A stretch of DNA of 64,000 bases, from assembly GCA_045659245.1 (NCBI GenBank), contig JAZOWN010000015.1:4618-68617 (forward strand). Direction: 5' to 3'. The notes below the pieces were generated by a model. The model worked only from the letters and a program-made list of their open reading frames with translations, made no database searches and was not told where the DNA came from. This document shows positions 20,832 to 30,238 of the stretch, piece after piece (positions within the stretch are counted from its first letter, which is position 1; every line of letters begins with the position of its first letter). Position numbers and translations under genes: made by a program. The stretch is from Eubacteriales bacterium. Its GTDB lineage: Bacteria > Bacillota > Clostridia > Oscillospirales > CAG-272.

Positions 20832-20863
20832 AAAACGAAAACCACGCGATAGTCGCGTGGTTC
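20832..20863 (-). terminator. Intrinsic terminator (minus strand)
   Basis: 10-bp stem aaccacgcga/tcgcgtggtt. The T-rich tract lies on the minus strand. Confidence 0.6.
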
Positions 20864-21037
20864 AATAGAGGTTAACCGATGAGAAAATAAAAAATAGAGG
20901 GATAAGACAGATTGAAAAGTGTGTTTGTATAACAGAACTTAAAGCGAACCCGTTTACGGGGAGTAAGTAACAATTGCAGGGCTGGCAGGCCAATACACGG
21001 CGCACTTGTGCGCAACCGGTAGTATAGGGCTATGCCC

Positions 21038-21068
21038 GAAAATGAAATACCCCCCGTTATTCGGGGGA
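21038..21068 (-). terminator. Hairpin after the minus-strand lipoprotein gene
   Basis: Stem cccccg/cggggg with a T-rich tract on the minus strand, 40 nt after the stop at 21109. Confidence 0.55.
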
Positions 21069-21108
21069 TATTTATTCCTTTGAGGATATTTGTGAGATTT
21101 AAAGAGAA

Positions 21109-22398
21109 CTACTTTAATTTAGGCTTGGACATATCACTCAAATCCCAAACATTCGTATCAAATCCGTGATTTTCAGGTAATTCTTCACATGGAATGCAGT
21201 TGTTCTCTGAAAATGAACAGTTTTCATGAATATCATATAACTTCATAATATTCTCAAACGGTTCGTAAGCATCATCTAATGCTGCAACATGACCAAATAA
21301 ATTTTGTAAGCTAAGTGTGTCCTCTGTGAGTTTGGAAGAAGAAATATTTCCGGCAATCGCATACCACTTGTTTGGGAATTCTCCAAGAGCCATAGCTGAG
21401 GGTTTTTGGTTAGCACTTACTTTTGAAAAAATGTTTGACACCGCAGCGTTATTATTGTTATATATATATCCAAAAGCACCACAATAAAAATCCGACATGC
21501 ATACCTCGGAAAGCTTAAGAGTCATATCGTTGAACAAATTCGAGCATTTCAATATTCCCCGATTATTGATGACACCAATGATTCCTCCTAAATTGTTAAC
21601 ATCAGAATAACTTTTTTGGCAGTTAATGGATATTTCACTTTGAACATTTTTGAGGCATAAAGTGGTATTGGAATCATTAAATGAGTAACCAATAGCTCCT
21701 CCAACATATAAAGCATGATTTCCGTTCGCAATCTCGTTACTTGTTTTTTCTGTTAAAACCGTTACCTGTGATATCTTTATGTTGCTTACTTCAGAATTCT
21801 GATTTGAAGTTATACGGCCTATTAAAACTCCTGCATATAATTGGTTATACTCTTTTGGATTGCGAATGTTTATCGTAGCGGAGCTTATATTTATATCATA
21901 AAGGCTTGCATTTTCACACAAACCAAAAAGTCCAATAACTCCCGCAGTGCTTTTTGTTTCTTCCTCGGTAAAGAAGTATTTCGTTACATTAGAAAATTTT
22001 AAATTTTCGATAATATGGTGATTTCCATCAAAATATCCTTCAAAAGAATGTTCTCCGTTGCCTATTGGCGTCCACTCAAGGTTGTTTAGATCAATATCGC
22101 ACAAAAGAGAAAATGACTTTCCTTTGTAATCCTTGCCCGCGTTTATTTCTTGCGCAAGAAATGCGAACTGATCTGCTGAAGCAATTTTATAGGGATTTTC
22201 AGCAGAACCGTCACCTCCTGCAAAGGCTGTGGCAACAGAGCCGTCCCACACACTTAATTCGGGAATGATGTTTTCATTTGAGTTTTCATTTGAGTTTTCA
22301 TTTGAACTCTCCGTAGAATTTTCTTTATTATTGAAACATCCACTTAAAACAGATACCATCAATATTAAAGATAAAATCAAGCAAATAATTTTTTTCAT
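21109..22398 (-). CDS. Surface lipoprotein, GLUG-motif-like repeat protein
   Basis: Lipobox (LSGC) and an ENSN tandem linker. The segment GDGSAENPYKIASADQFAFLAQ ... FEGYFDGNHHIIENL is typical of GLUG-type adhesin-like modules. The gene is visibly AT-richer than its neighbours. Confidence 0.5.
   Translation of the reverse strand: MKKIICLILSLILMVSVLSGCFNNKENSTESSNENSNENSNENIIPELSVWDGSVATAFAGGDGSAENPYKIASADQFAFLAQEINAGKDYKGKSFSLLCDIDLNNLEWTPIGNGEHSFEGYFDGNHHIIENLKFSNVTKYFFTEEETKSTAGVIGLFGLCENASLYDINISSATINIRNPKEYNQLYAGVLIGRITSNQNSEVSNIKISQVTVLTEKTSNEIANGNHALYVGGAIGYSFNDSNTTLCLKNVQSEISINCQKSYSDVNNLGGIIGVINNRGILKCSNLFNDMTLKLSEVCMSDFYCGAFGYIYNNNNAAVSNIFSKVSANQKPSAMALGEFPNKWYAIAGNISSSKLTEDTLSLQNLFGHVAALDDAYEPFENIMKLYDIHENCSFSENNCIPCEELPENHGFDTNVWDLSDMSKPKLK
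22271..22306. repeat. 12-bp x 3 tandem repeat (ttttcatttgag) encoding the (NENS)n linker of the lipoprotein
   Basis: Read directly from the sequence. Confidence 0.9.
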
Positions 22399-22506
22399 AA
22401 AGTCCCTCCGATGTTTGTTGTGTTCATTATATCACACTTATTCTAACTTTTCAATAATAATGTTTATTATTTTTTGGTTTTCTTTTGCCTGCTTCATGTT
22501 GGAAAA

Positions 22507-23289
22507 TCAATCATGGAAATAATCCTTTTTAGTTTTCTTTTGTCTACTTTTCTTTTTTAAAAGAAAAGTAGGAGAAAAAATACGTATTGAATCTTTTATC
22601 AACGACGGCAGGCGCCGAGGCTCGAGCAAGCAGCGCCAAAGCCATTCAAGACGCATTTTGCGTATAAGCCGCGGAGCGCGGGGAAGTCGCCCCGACCAAA
22701 CGTCAAGGCTGCCACCAAGCCCCATAAAAATTTTAACGTATGAAAGGGAATTGGCATTTTCGCATATCCAGCTTTCCTGCAACGGAAATCCCATGCAAAC
22801 GAGCAAAATGTCGGGGGAGCAGTTATTGATATGCCGTATGACGGCTCGGTTTTCCTCGCTGTCCTCGGAGAGGTCAAAATAGCCGTGATGTGTACCGCAG
22901 ACGTGGAGCGTGGGAAGCTCCCGACAAAGATTTTCTGCCGCTCTTTCGGCAACGCTGTCCTTTGCGCCGAGAAGATACACGGAATATCCGTTTTCTGCTG
23001 CGTAGCGCAAAAGCGCGTACGCGGCATCAATGCCGGGAATAGGCGTTACGCGACGGTGGCACTTCTTGCGGGCGAGCAGTGAGATCCCGACTCCGTCGGG
23101 AAGCAACATGTCTGCTCTCTCAATTAGCCCCGCAAGTTGGCGGTCGTCTGCCGCCGCACGCACAATGGCGAGGTTAGGTGTAAAGACGATAAGTCGCTTC
23201 TTTGATTTTAACGCGCATATCATTTTTTTTAGCGCCTCGCGAGGGGTTATGTCCTTAAATTCGATCCCGTAAAGATAGTAGCTGCTCAT
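22507..23289 (-). CDS. WecG/TagA/CpsF-family glycosyltransferase
   Basis: Family-typical segments LLPDGVGI, YLLGAK, LLVCMGFPLQE and RLEWLWR. Confidence 0.8.
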   Translation of the reverse strand: MSSYYLYGIEFKDITPREALKKMICALKSKKRLIVFTPNLAIVRAAADDRQLAGLIERADMLLPDGVGISLLARKKCHRRVTPIPGIDAAYALLRYAAENGYSVYLLGAKDSVAERAAENLCRELPTLHVCGTHHGYFDLSEDSEENRAVIRHINNCSPDILLVCMGFPLQESWICENANSLSYVKIFMGLGGSLDVWSGRLPRAPRLIRKMRLEWLWRCLLEPRRLPSLIKDSIRIFSPTFLLKKKSRQKKTKKDYFHD

Positions 23290-23355
23290 TTTTTATCTCC
23301 TTAATACCGTTATGATATTATTTTATCTCTTTTTGGAAAAAATATCGGGATTTTA

Positions 23356-23384
23356 TTGACTTTTTGATTAATATGATTTATAAT
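23356..23384 (+). promoter_or_regulatory. Sigma-A-type promoter for proS
   Basis: TTGACT, a 17-nt spacer, then TATAAT, ~55 nt upstream of the ATG. Confidence 0.6.
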
Positions 23385-23439
23385 ATAATAATGTATAGTC
23401 GCAAAAGACAAAAGATGACAAAAGTTGAGAGGAACAAGC

Positions 23440-24879
23440 ATGGCAAACGATAAGAAAATGGTAGAACAGATCACGTCGATGGACGTTGACTTTGCTCAGT
23501 GGTACACGGACGTAGTAAAAAAGGCGGAGCTGGTAGATTATTCAGGCGTAAAGGGCTGTATGGTGATCCGTCCTTACGGATACGCTATCTGGGAGAATAT
23601 TCAGCACGATCTTGACGCGAGATTTAAAAAGCTCGGACACGAGAACGTTTATATGCCAATGTTTATTCCTGAATCCTTGCTTCAGAAGGAAAAGGATCAC
23701 GTTGCGGGCTTTGCTCCCGAGTGCGCGATCGTAACCATAGGAGGACAGAACAGACTTTCCGAAAGACTTATCGTTCGTCCTACCTCGGAAACGCTTTTCT
23801 GTGAGCACTATAAGAGCATTATTCATTCCTACCGCGATCTTCCGAAGCTTTATAACCAGTGGTGTAACGTCGTAAGATGGGAAAAGACTACCCGTCCTTT
23901 CCTTCGCACCTCGGAGTTCTTGTGGCAGGAGGGACACACCATGCACGAGAACGAGGCAGAGGCAAGAGAGGAGACCTTGCGTATGCTTAAGTGCTACGAG
24001 GACTTTTACCGTGAAACCCTTGCTATCCCCGCAGTAACGGGACGCAAGACGGAAAAGGAAAAGTTCGCGGGCGCTATGGAAACGTATACTATCGAGCCTA
24101 TGATGCACAACGGAGTTGCGCTTCAGGGCGGCACGTCGCATTACTTTGGCGACGGCTTTGCAAGAGCGTTTGATATAACGTATACCGACAGAGATAATAA
24201 GGTTTGCTATCCTCACCAGACCTCATGGGGCGTTTCTACGAGAATGATAGGTGCTATTATCATGACGCACGGTGACGATAACGGACTTATCCTTCCTCCT
24301 AAGGTAGCCCCCATTCAGGTGGCTATAATTCCCGTTGCGCAGCACAAGGAGGGCGTACTCCAAAAGGCTAATGAGCTTAAGGCTGTTCTTGAGGAGAAGT
24401 TCAGAGTTAAGCTTGACGACAGCGACAACTCCACGGGCTGGAAGTATAGCCAGTATGAGATGAAGGGTGTTCCGCTTCGTCTTGAACTTGGTCCGCGCGA
24501 TATTGAGAATAATTCCTGCGTGCTTGTCAGCCGCGTGACCCGTCAGAAGACCTTTGTATCTCTTGACAATATCGTCGAGGAGGTAGAAAAGGCACTTAAT
24601 GCTGTTCACGACGAGCTTTACGCGCGTGCGCTTGCAAATCTTGAGGAAAAGATGAGCATTGCTCACGACCACGACGAGTTCCTTGACATCGCAGAGAACC
24701 ACCCCGGCTTTATAAAGGCTATGTGGTGCGGTGAGACCGAGTGCGAGGATAAGCTTAAGGAGGAAACGGGTGGAGTTAAATCCCGTTGTATTCCTTTCGT
24801 TGAGGAAAACATTTCCGATAAGTGCGTTTGCTGCGGAAAGCCTGCAAAGCACATGGTAGTTTTCGGAAGACAGTATTAA
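23440..24879 (+). CDS. proS: Proline--tRNA ligase (archaeal/eukaryote-like short form)
   Basis: Class II motifs ([18 protein letters not shown]; [13 protein letters not shown]) and a C-terminal Zn-type domain ending FGRQY. The ATG at 23440 is preferred over the TTG at 23425. Confidence 0.9.
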   Translation: MANDKKMVEQITSMDVDFAQWYTDVVKKAELVDYSGVKGCMVIRPYGYAIWENIQHDLDARFKKLGHENVYMPMFIPESLLQKEKDHVAGFAPECAIVTIGGQNRLSERLIVRPTSETLFCEHYKSIIHSYRDLPKLYNQWCNVVRWEKTTRPFLRTSEFLWQEGHTMHENEAEAREETLRMLKCYEDFYRETLAIPAVTGRKTEKEKFAGAMETYTIEPMMHNGVALQGGTSHYFGDGFARAFDITYTDRDNKVCYPHQTSWGVSTRMIGAIIMTHGDDNGLILPPKVAPIQVAIIPVAQHKEGVLQKANELKAVLEEKFRVKLDDSDNSTGWKYSQYEMKGVPLRLELGPRDIENNSCVLVSRVTRQKTFVSLDNIVEEVEKALNAVHDELYARALANLEEKMSIAHDHDEFLDIAENHPGFIKAMWCGETECEDKLKEETGGVKSRCIPFVEENISDKCVCCGKPAKHMVVFGRQY

Positions 24880-24958
24880 TAAGATAAATTTACAGGCGGT
24901 GCCAAGGCTTTGACGCCGCCTGTATTGTAATTTATAAGATTCATGAAAGGGGAGCGCT

Positions 24959-26086
24959 ATGAAAATTTTCGGACTTACTCTTGGCGAGCGTATAAAGAAA
25001 ATAGATCCGATTATTTTTATAACGGTCGCCTTTTTGTCGTTTATGAGTATTCTTACTATTTTCGGAAGCGTTGAAAACTTCGGAAAGAGTAAGCTTGTGA
25101 TGCAGGTCGCAATGACCGTTATGGGAACTGTGGCAGTTTTTGTGCTTGCCAATATAGACTACAAGATTTTCGTTGATAAGCTATATCTGATTTTGTTTGT
25201 TGGCTCAGTGCTTCTGCTTATCGTTACACTGATTTTCGGTATAACGGGAACTAACATGGAAACTGCGAATAAGAGCTGGATAACGATTCCAATTATAAAT
25301 ATCGCGGTACAGCCGTCGGAGTTTGTAAAAATAGCGTTTTTGTGTACCTTTTCAAAGCATATTGACGGGGTTAAGGAAAAAATAAATAAGCCGCTTACGC
25401 TTCTCGGCTTGCTTTTGCACGCGGGTGTTATTGTGGGGCTGATACTTATTTCGGGAGACCTCGGAGTTGCGCTCGTTTATATCGGAATTATAATCATTAT
25501 GCTGTTTTGCGCAGGACTGTCCGCTTGGTATTTCCTCGCAATGCTCGCCATTGCCGTGATAGCGTTTCCGTTCATTTGGGAGTTCTTGCAGCCCTATCAG
25601 CAAAACCGAATAATATACGGCTTTGCTCCGCACCTCGATGCCGAGGGCTTTGGCAGACAGCCTCTTATGAGCCGTGAGGTCATTTCGCGCGGCGGATTTT
25701 TCGGAATTGGACTGTTTGAGCACGGAATGTACGAGGACTTGACCGCCTCACACACAGACTTTATTTTTGCGACAGTTTGTGAAAAGTTCGGATTTGTCGG
25801 CGGCGCGCTCGTTGTGGTAGCGCTTGTAGTTCTTACCGCAAGACTTTTCTGGCTCGGAATGAAGTGCCGTGATATATCGGGCAGACTTATATGCTGCGGT
25901 TGCGGCGCGGTCATAATAATACAAACGCTTGAAAATCTTTGGATGTGCTTAGCTCTCGTTCCCGTTGTCGGAATAACCTTGCCGTTTGTCAGCGCAGGCG
26001 GCTCGTCGCTCCTTGCTATGTATATGCTCGTAGGACTTGCACACAGCGTGTCGGCTCACGAGAAAAAGTTTTACTTTACCCGATAA
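24959..26086 (+). CDS. SEDS-family protein (RodA/FtsW/SpoVE)
   Basis: Polytopic ORF with the segments QPSEFVKI, TDFIFA and PLPFVSAGGSS. Confidence 0.85.
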   Translation: MKIFGLTLGERIKKIDPIIFITVAFLSFMSILTIFGSVENFGKSKLVMQVAMTVMGTVAVFVLANIDYKIFVDKLYLILFVGSVLLLIVTLIFGITGTNMETANKSWITIPIINIAVQPSEFVKIAFLCTFSKHIDGVKEKINKPLTLLGLLLHAGVIVGLILISGDLGVALVYIGIIIIMLFCAGLSAWYFLAMLAIAVIAFPFIWEFLQPYQQNRIIYGFAPHLDAEGFGRQPLMSREVISRGGFFGIGLFEHGMYEDLTASHTDFIFATVCEKFGFVGGALVVVALVVLTARLFWLGMKCRDISGRLICCGCGAVIIIQTLENLWMCLALVPVVGITLPFVSAGGSSLLAMYMLVGLAHSVSAHEKKFYFTR

Positions 26087-26167
26087 ATCAAATACAAAAC
26101 TTCATTTAGCATAAAAATCCTCTTTCATAAATATAATTGAGTAGAATTATATTGCGGGAGGATTTTT

Positions 26168-26647
26168 ATGTTTATCTATTCTTTAAAGGCGAGCACGATA
26201 AAGTTTTGTGCGGTGTTGTGCGTAGCTCTTGCCACACTAATTACGCTTATTGCGTTTATTCCCGTTGTAGCAGTCGGAGATGACGTGTCCGCGTCTGCCG
26301 ACGGAAAAATAAATTACGGCGGAATAAAGACAAACGAGGACAGAATTGCTTTTCTCGGACAGTTTGGCTGGCAGGTAAAGCCTGATGCCATCGAGAGCGT
26401 CGAGGTGAGCGTGCCCGAGCAGTTTGACAAGATCTTTTCGGCATACAACGAGATACAAAAATCTCAGGGCTTGGACCTTTCCAAATATAAGGGCAAAAAG
26501 GTCTACCGATATACATACGAGATCACCAATTACGACGGATACAGCGGAACGGTTTACGCAAATATCCTCGTTTACAGAAATAAGGTTATCGGCGGTGACG
26601 TTTGCTCTGCCGACATCAAGGGATTTATGCATGGCTTAAATAAATGA
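26168..26647 (+). CDS. DUF4830-like membrane-anchored protein
   Basis: N-terminal TM. The segment FLGQFGWQV ... YNEIQKSQGLDLSKYKGKKVYRYTY resembles the DUF4830 family as I recall it. Confidence 0.5.
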   Translation: MFIYSLKASTIKFCAVLCVALATLITLIAFIPVVAVGDDVSASADGKINYGGIKTNEDRIAFLGQFGWQVKPDAIESVEVSVPEQFDKIFSAYNEIQKSQGLDLSKYKGKKVYRYTYEITNYDGYSGTVYANILVYRNKVIGGDVCSADIKGFMHGLNK

Positions 26648-26702
26648 AGAATATAAAAAAGAGCAACTGCAGGGTAAAACACCTGTAATTGCTCTTTTAT
26701 GT

Positions 26703-28304
26703 TTATTTTATAATAAAAGCGGGGTCAATAAACGTGTCGTTATAGCTTACCGCAACACAGAATCCGTCCTGCTCATTGTTCGGAAACGCTCCCGTTTTTC
26801 CTATCACGTCACCCGCGCTCACCGTATCTCCAACGGATACGTCCGCTGACGATAGATAAAGATACCAGGTTCTAATACCGAGCCCTGAGTCAATTGCAAC
26901 GAATTTTGAGCCGGAAAGGGTTCCGACAGCAATCACCCTACCGCCCATGAGAGCACCGACAGAAGCGCCGCGCGTATCCTTGCATACGTACGTATCACAG
27001 AACGAGGGAGCGCCGTCGCCCTTGGGATCGCTCTTTCCAAAGCCGAGCACCTTTTCAAACACTTCGGGATTTTGCGAATAAGTGGCAGATGTAAAGAAAA
27101 CGTATTTGAGGGGCGCTGAATTTATCGCCGATGGGGTTAAGCCTATGTCCTCTGAGACAGTCATGAACTCTTTTGACGTGTAGAGGAACGGCTCAGCAGC
27201 CGAAAGAGTAAACGAACGGGAAGAAGCGCCGTAGTTGAGTGTAAAATCAACGCTTTCCTTGCCCTCTAACAAGCTCCACGGAAGCACGGCGTATGCTTCA
27301 TTTCCACTTATGATAAATTTTAAATAAAAGCTGCTGTCATCAGATTTAAACGAAAGCTTTGAAGCCTCGGAGACCTCGGTGATCCTTACGAAAGCGAACT
27401 CACCGACGGAAAGCTTGTCAGTACTTAGGAAAAACTCGGAGCGGTTGTGTATCTCCGCTGTAAAATCGTACGTGGCAGTTCCGCGAAATTCACGCTCGTC
27501 GTGATCTTCCCATTGTGCTGATATAAGAATACGTATGCCGCTGTGGTTATTAAGAGGTAAATTTTCAAGTTCATCGAGGGTGCATTCGAGCCGCTCATCA
27601 CCGTCAAATACTTCAACAAAAACGGAGTCGGGCGCGCTTGTAAAGGAAAGGGAAATGCTTTCCGAAAAGATGTAGGGAATACCCGTATTGGCCTTTTCTA
27701 TCTTTTCTGCTAAAAGGTCTATGCCGTCTCTGTTTTTGTAGTACCACGACGTATCACACAGGAGCACCGTGTCACCGTCGGCGGTGGTAAGACTTGGGGG
27801 AGAAGCAACGCTGTAAAGCGTTTCGGCAAATTTAGAGCCGAGGAAAAGCTCGTTGTCATTGTCCTCGATAGAGTAATATCTTCCGTCGCTGCCCGTGCAA
27901 TACGCGCCCTCGCCGGTCATAGAGAAAAAGCATTTAAGCTTTTCGGTCTTTACGTCGCTTTTGAGCTCTACTATAAGCGGCTCTATCTCAAGCGGCTCCA
28001 CGTCGCTCGCGCTTATAGGCTCTAAGCTTTCATGGATATTCGTGAATATGTCTACCAAGGAATTTTCGTCCTCGGTATCTGCCGTCATATTCTCAAAAAA
28101 AAGCAGGCGCGAATTCTTGTCGTAAAGGGAAACGGTATGTATTTTGGCGGAATCTTCAAAATTAAACTGCGACTGAATGACTGTAATTATCGCAAACGTG
28201 CTGGGGAGAAGAACAGTCATGGCGACGACTAGCGCAACTACAACACGCTTGAACGTAAGCTTGCTCTTTAATTTAAGTGTTAAATTTTTTACGTATTTGC
28301 CCAA
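26703..28304 (-). CDS. Membrane-anchored M23/LytM-domain peptidase-like protein
   Basis: N-terminal TM and a C-terminal LytM-like barrel (YLYLSSADVSVGDTVSAGDVIGKTG). The catalytic HxxxD/HxH residues are not evident, so it may be non-catalytic. TTG start with a GAGGGGGG RBS. Confidence 0.6.
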   Translation of the reverse strand: MGKYVKNLTLKLKSKLTFKRVVVALVVAMTVLLPSTFAIITVIQSQFNFEDSAKIHTVSLYDKNSRLLFFENMTADTEDENSLVDIFTNIHESLEPISASDVEPLEIEPLIVELKSDVKTEKLKCFFSMTGEGAYCTGSDGRYYSIEDNDNELFLGSKFAETLYSVASPPSLTTADGDTVLLCDTSWYYKNRDGIDLLAEKIEKANTGIPYIFSESISLSFTSAPDSVFVEVFDGDERLECTLDELENLPLNNHSGIRILISAQWEDHDEREFRGTATYDFTAEIHNRSEFFLSTDKLSVGEFAFVRITEVSEASKLSFKSDDSSFYLKFIISGNEAYAVLPWSLLEGKESVDFTLNYGASSRSFTLSAAEPFLYTSKEFMTVSEDIGLTPSAINSAPLKYVFFTSATYSQNPEVFEKVLGFGKSDPKGDGAPSFCDTYVCKDTRGASVGALMGGRVIAVGTLSGSKFVAIDSGLGIRTWYLYLSSADVSVGDTVSAGDVIGKTGAFPNNEQDGFCVAVSYNDTFIDPAFIIK

Positions 28305-28382
28305 GACGTCACCCCCCTCTTAAAATAAATAAAATATATAAGAATATTATACAACATAAGAGGGAGTAGGTCAAGAGTTTTT

Positions 28383-29021
28383 TTAAATTAGAGCATAGGA
28401 AAGACCGTAGCTTTTGGCGTAAGAGGCGGCAAACGAGCCGTTATGGCAATAAAGCGTCACCGCAGAGCCCGTGCTGCCAAAGGCGTCGTAGCCGATATCC
28501 TCTACGCTTTTTGGCACCGTGACGGAATGGAGCTTTGGGCAGTTTTCAAAGACGAACCACCCAATCTCCTTTACACCGTTTGAAATAATGACGCTCTTAA
28601 TATCAGTGCCCGCAAACGCTCTGTCACCGATCGCGCGAACGGCATAGCCGTCAATAGAGGAGGGGATCACTACGTTTTTGTCAGTTCCGTTGTATTTGGT
28701 TATGGTTGCGGTGTCCTCACTTACCGTGTAGCTGAATACCTCGAGGGACGCTTGGGTGTCAGCCGTGTCTGAGAGGGTGTCGGACGCGGCGGAGTCCGTC
28801 TCCCCCTTGAGAGCGGAAAGCTCTGCGAGCAGCTCTGCAAGCAGCTTTGCGCTTTCCGAGTCAGCCGCGCTTTGGTTTTCGCGAAGGTCAGCTATCTGAC
28901 TTTCAAGAGCGGAAATATCGCCTTGATCGTTGTCGTGCGCCTTACTCACGGCGCACGAGGTCGATATAAGTAAGAGAGTGAGCGCACAGATAATAAAAGA
29001 TATTTTTCTCATTTTAATCAT
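28383..29021 (-). CDS. Lipoprotein with a coiled-coil linker and BspA-type LRR module
   Basis: Lipobox (ISTSC), a repetitive acidic linker, and the C-terminal segment IGDRAFAGTDIKSVIISNGVKEIG. Confidence 0.6.
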   Translation of the reverse strand: MIKMRKISFIICALTLLLISTSCAVSKAHDNDQGDISALESQIADLRENQSAADSESAKLLAELLAELSALKGETDSAASDTLSDTADTQASLEVFSYTVSEDTATITKYNGTDKNVVIPSSIDGYAVRAIGDRAFAGTDIKSVIISNGVKEIGWFVFENCPKLHSVTVPKSVEDIGYDAFGSTGSAVTLYCHNGSFAASYAKSYGLSYALI

Positions 29022-29141
29022 TGTAAACTCCTTTTTTTATATGTATATGCTAAAAGCATAGCACGATACGCTTGCTAAAACAATAAAATTCGGTCGAATA
29101 TAAAAAAAGGAAATTTAATAAAACTTTTTTCCGAAAACGTA

Positions 29142-29170
29142 TTGACAAATGTATCGCTTTGAGGTATAAT
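29142..29170 (+). promoter_or_regulatory. Consensus sigma-A promoter for the tRNA gene
   Basis: TTGACA, a 17-nt spacer, then TATAAT, ending 18 nt before the tRNA 5' end. Confidence 0.8.
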
Positions 29171-29188
29171 ATTCAAGTCCGCAATAGC

Positions 29189-29265
29189 GGGCCATTAGCT
29201 CAGTTGGTTAGAGCAACCGGCTCATAACCGGTTGGTCCGGGGTTCGAGTCCCTGATGGCCCACCA
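29189..29265 (+). tRNA. tRNA with CAU anticodon (elongator Met or lysidine-modified Ile2), encoded CCA
   Basis: Manual cloverleaf: acceptor GGGCCAT/ATGGCCC, D stem GCTC/GAGC, anticodon stem ACCGG/CCGGT, loop CTCATAA, T stem CGGGG/CCCTG, and TTCGAGT. G1-C72 argues against an initiator. Confidence 0.9.
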
Positions 29266-29300
29266 AAAAAGCACATCTGCAAAGCAGATGTGCTTTTTTC
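29266..29300 (+). terminator. Intrinsic terminator of the tRNA gene
   Basis: Perfect 10-bp stem gcacatctgc/gcagatgtgc, an aaa loop, and T6. Confidence 0.9.
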
Positions 29301-29443
29301 GTTTTAGTATAAAAACACTCGAAATCCATATAATAAGTTATTGACAAAAATAGTTTGTTGTGGTAATATAGTATCAAATACTACATAGAGTAGCATGAAC
29401 AAGCACGATAGATAATATTTATATCGATGTAAGGCGAGGGATT

Positions 29444-30238
29444 ATGGATAAGAGGAAAATAATTTATTACAGCGACGAATTGAACGATGACTTTTCCGTA
29501 AAGCAGATAAAGCCCAAGAGAATAGACGAAAATTATAAATACTGCAATGACTCGCTTTTGGGAAATACGGCTCATTTTTTCTGGTACAGAATAATTTTTA
29601 CACCGATTGCATTTTTCTATAACAATGCAGTGTTTCATCACGAGATAAAAGGGAATAATATTCTTAAAGACTTTAAGGGTGAGGGGTATTTTTTATACGG
29701 AAATCATACGCAGGATATAGGCGACGCATTTATTCCGCATTTTATAAATCTGCCAAAGCGGAATTACGTAATTGTAAATCCCGCAAACGTGTCGATCCCC
29801 GTGCTTGGACATATAACCCCCGCGCTCGGTGCGCTGCCTTTGCCGGATAGCGTGAAGGCGTATAAAAAATTTTTGGCGGCTGTCGAGCAAGGAATAAGCG
29901 AAAAAAATGGAATAATTATTTACCCCGAGGCGCACGTCTGGCCATACTACACCAAAATCCGCCCATTTAGGGACGACTCCTTTTACTATCCCGTGAAGCT
30001 CGGCGCGCCGTCGTTTTGCTTTACGAATACCTATCAAAAAAGAAGATTTTCAAGAAAGCCGAGGATAGTTACCTACGTTGACGGTCCGTTTTATCCCGAC
30101 TTCTCGCTTACTCCCAAGGCAAGCAGAAAGGAGCTGCGCGACAGAATATATAGGACGATGTGCCGTCGCTCGCAAAGTTCTTTTGTGGAGCAAATAAAAT
30201 ACGTAAAATGTGTAAGAAAAGAGTCTACAAATGATTAA
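29444..30238 (+). CDS. LPLAT/PlsC-family acyltransferase
   Basis: HX4D motif (GNHTQDIGD) and the later YPEAH motif. Confidence 0.7.
   Translation: MDKRKIIYYSDELNDDFSVKQIKPKRIDENYKYCNDSLLGNTAHFFWYRIIFTPIAFFYNNAVFHHEIKGNNILKDFKGEGYFLYGNHTQDIGDAFIPHFINLPKRNYVIVNPANVSIPVLGHITPALGALPLPDSVKAYKKFLAAVEQGISEKNGIIIYPEAHVWPYYTKIRPFRDDSFYYPVKLGAPSFCFTNTYQKRRFSRKPRIVTYVDGPFYPDFSLTPKASRKELRDRIYRTMCRRSQSSFVEQIKYVKCVRKESTND

Noticed and set aside
23290-23439. A possible T-box leader upstream of proS. I also looked for aaRS-type leaders elsewhere.
   Set aside because: Only ~55 nt separate the promoter from the start codon, and there is no specifier stem or conserved T-box sequence. The region upstream of glyQS is outside the window.
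24223-25152. A 309-aa minus-strand ORF across the proS/rodA junction. Similar long antisense ORFs lie at 10975-11760, 7793-8644, 8837-9619, 19037-19630 and 35256-35888.
   Set aside because: All lie antisense to confidently identified genes, and they lack RBSs and recognisable domains.
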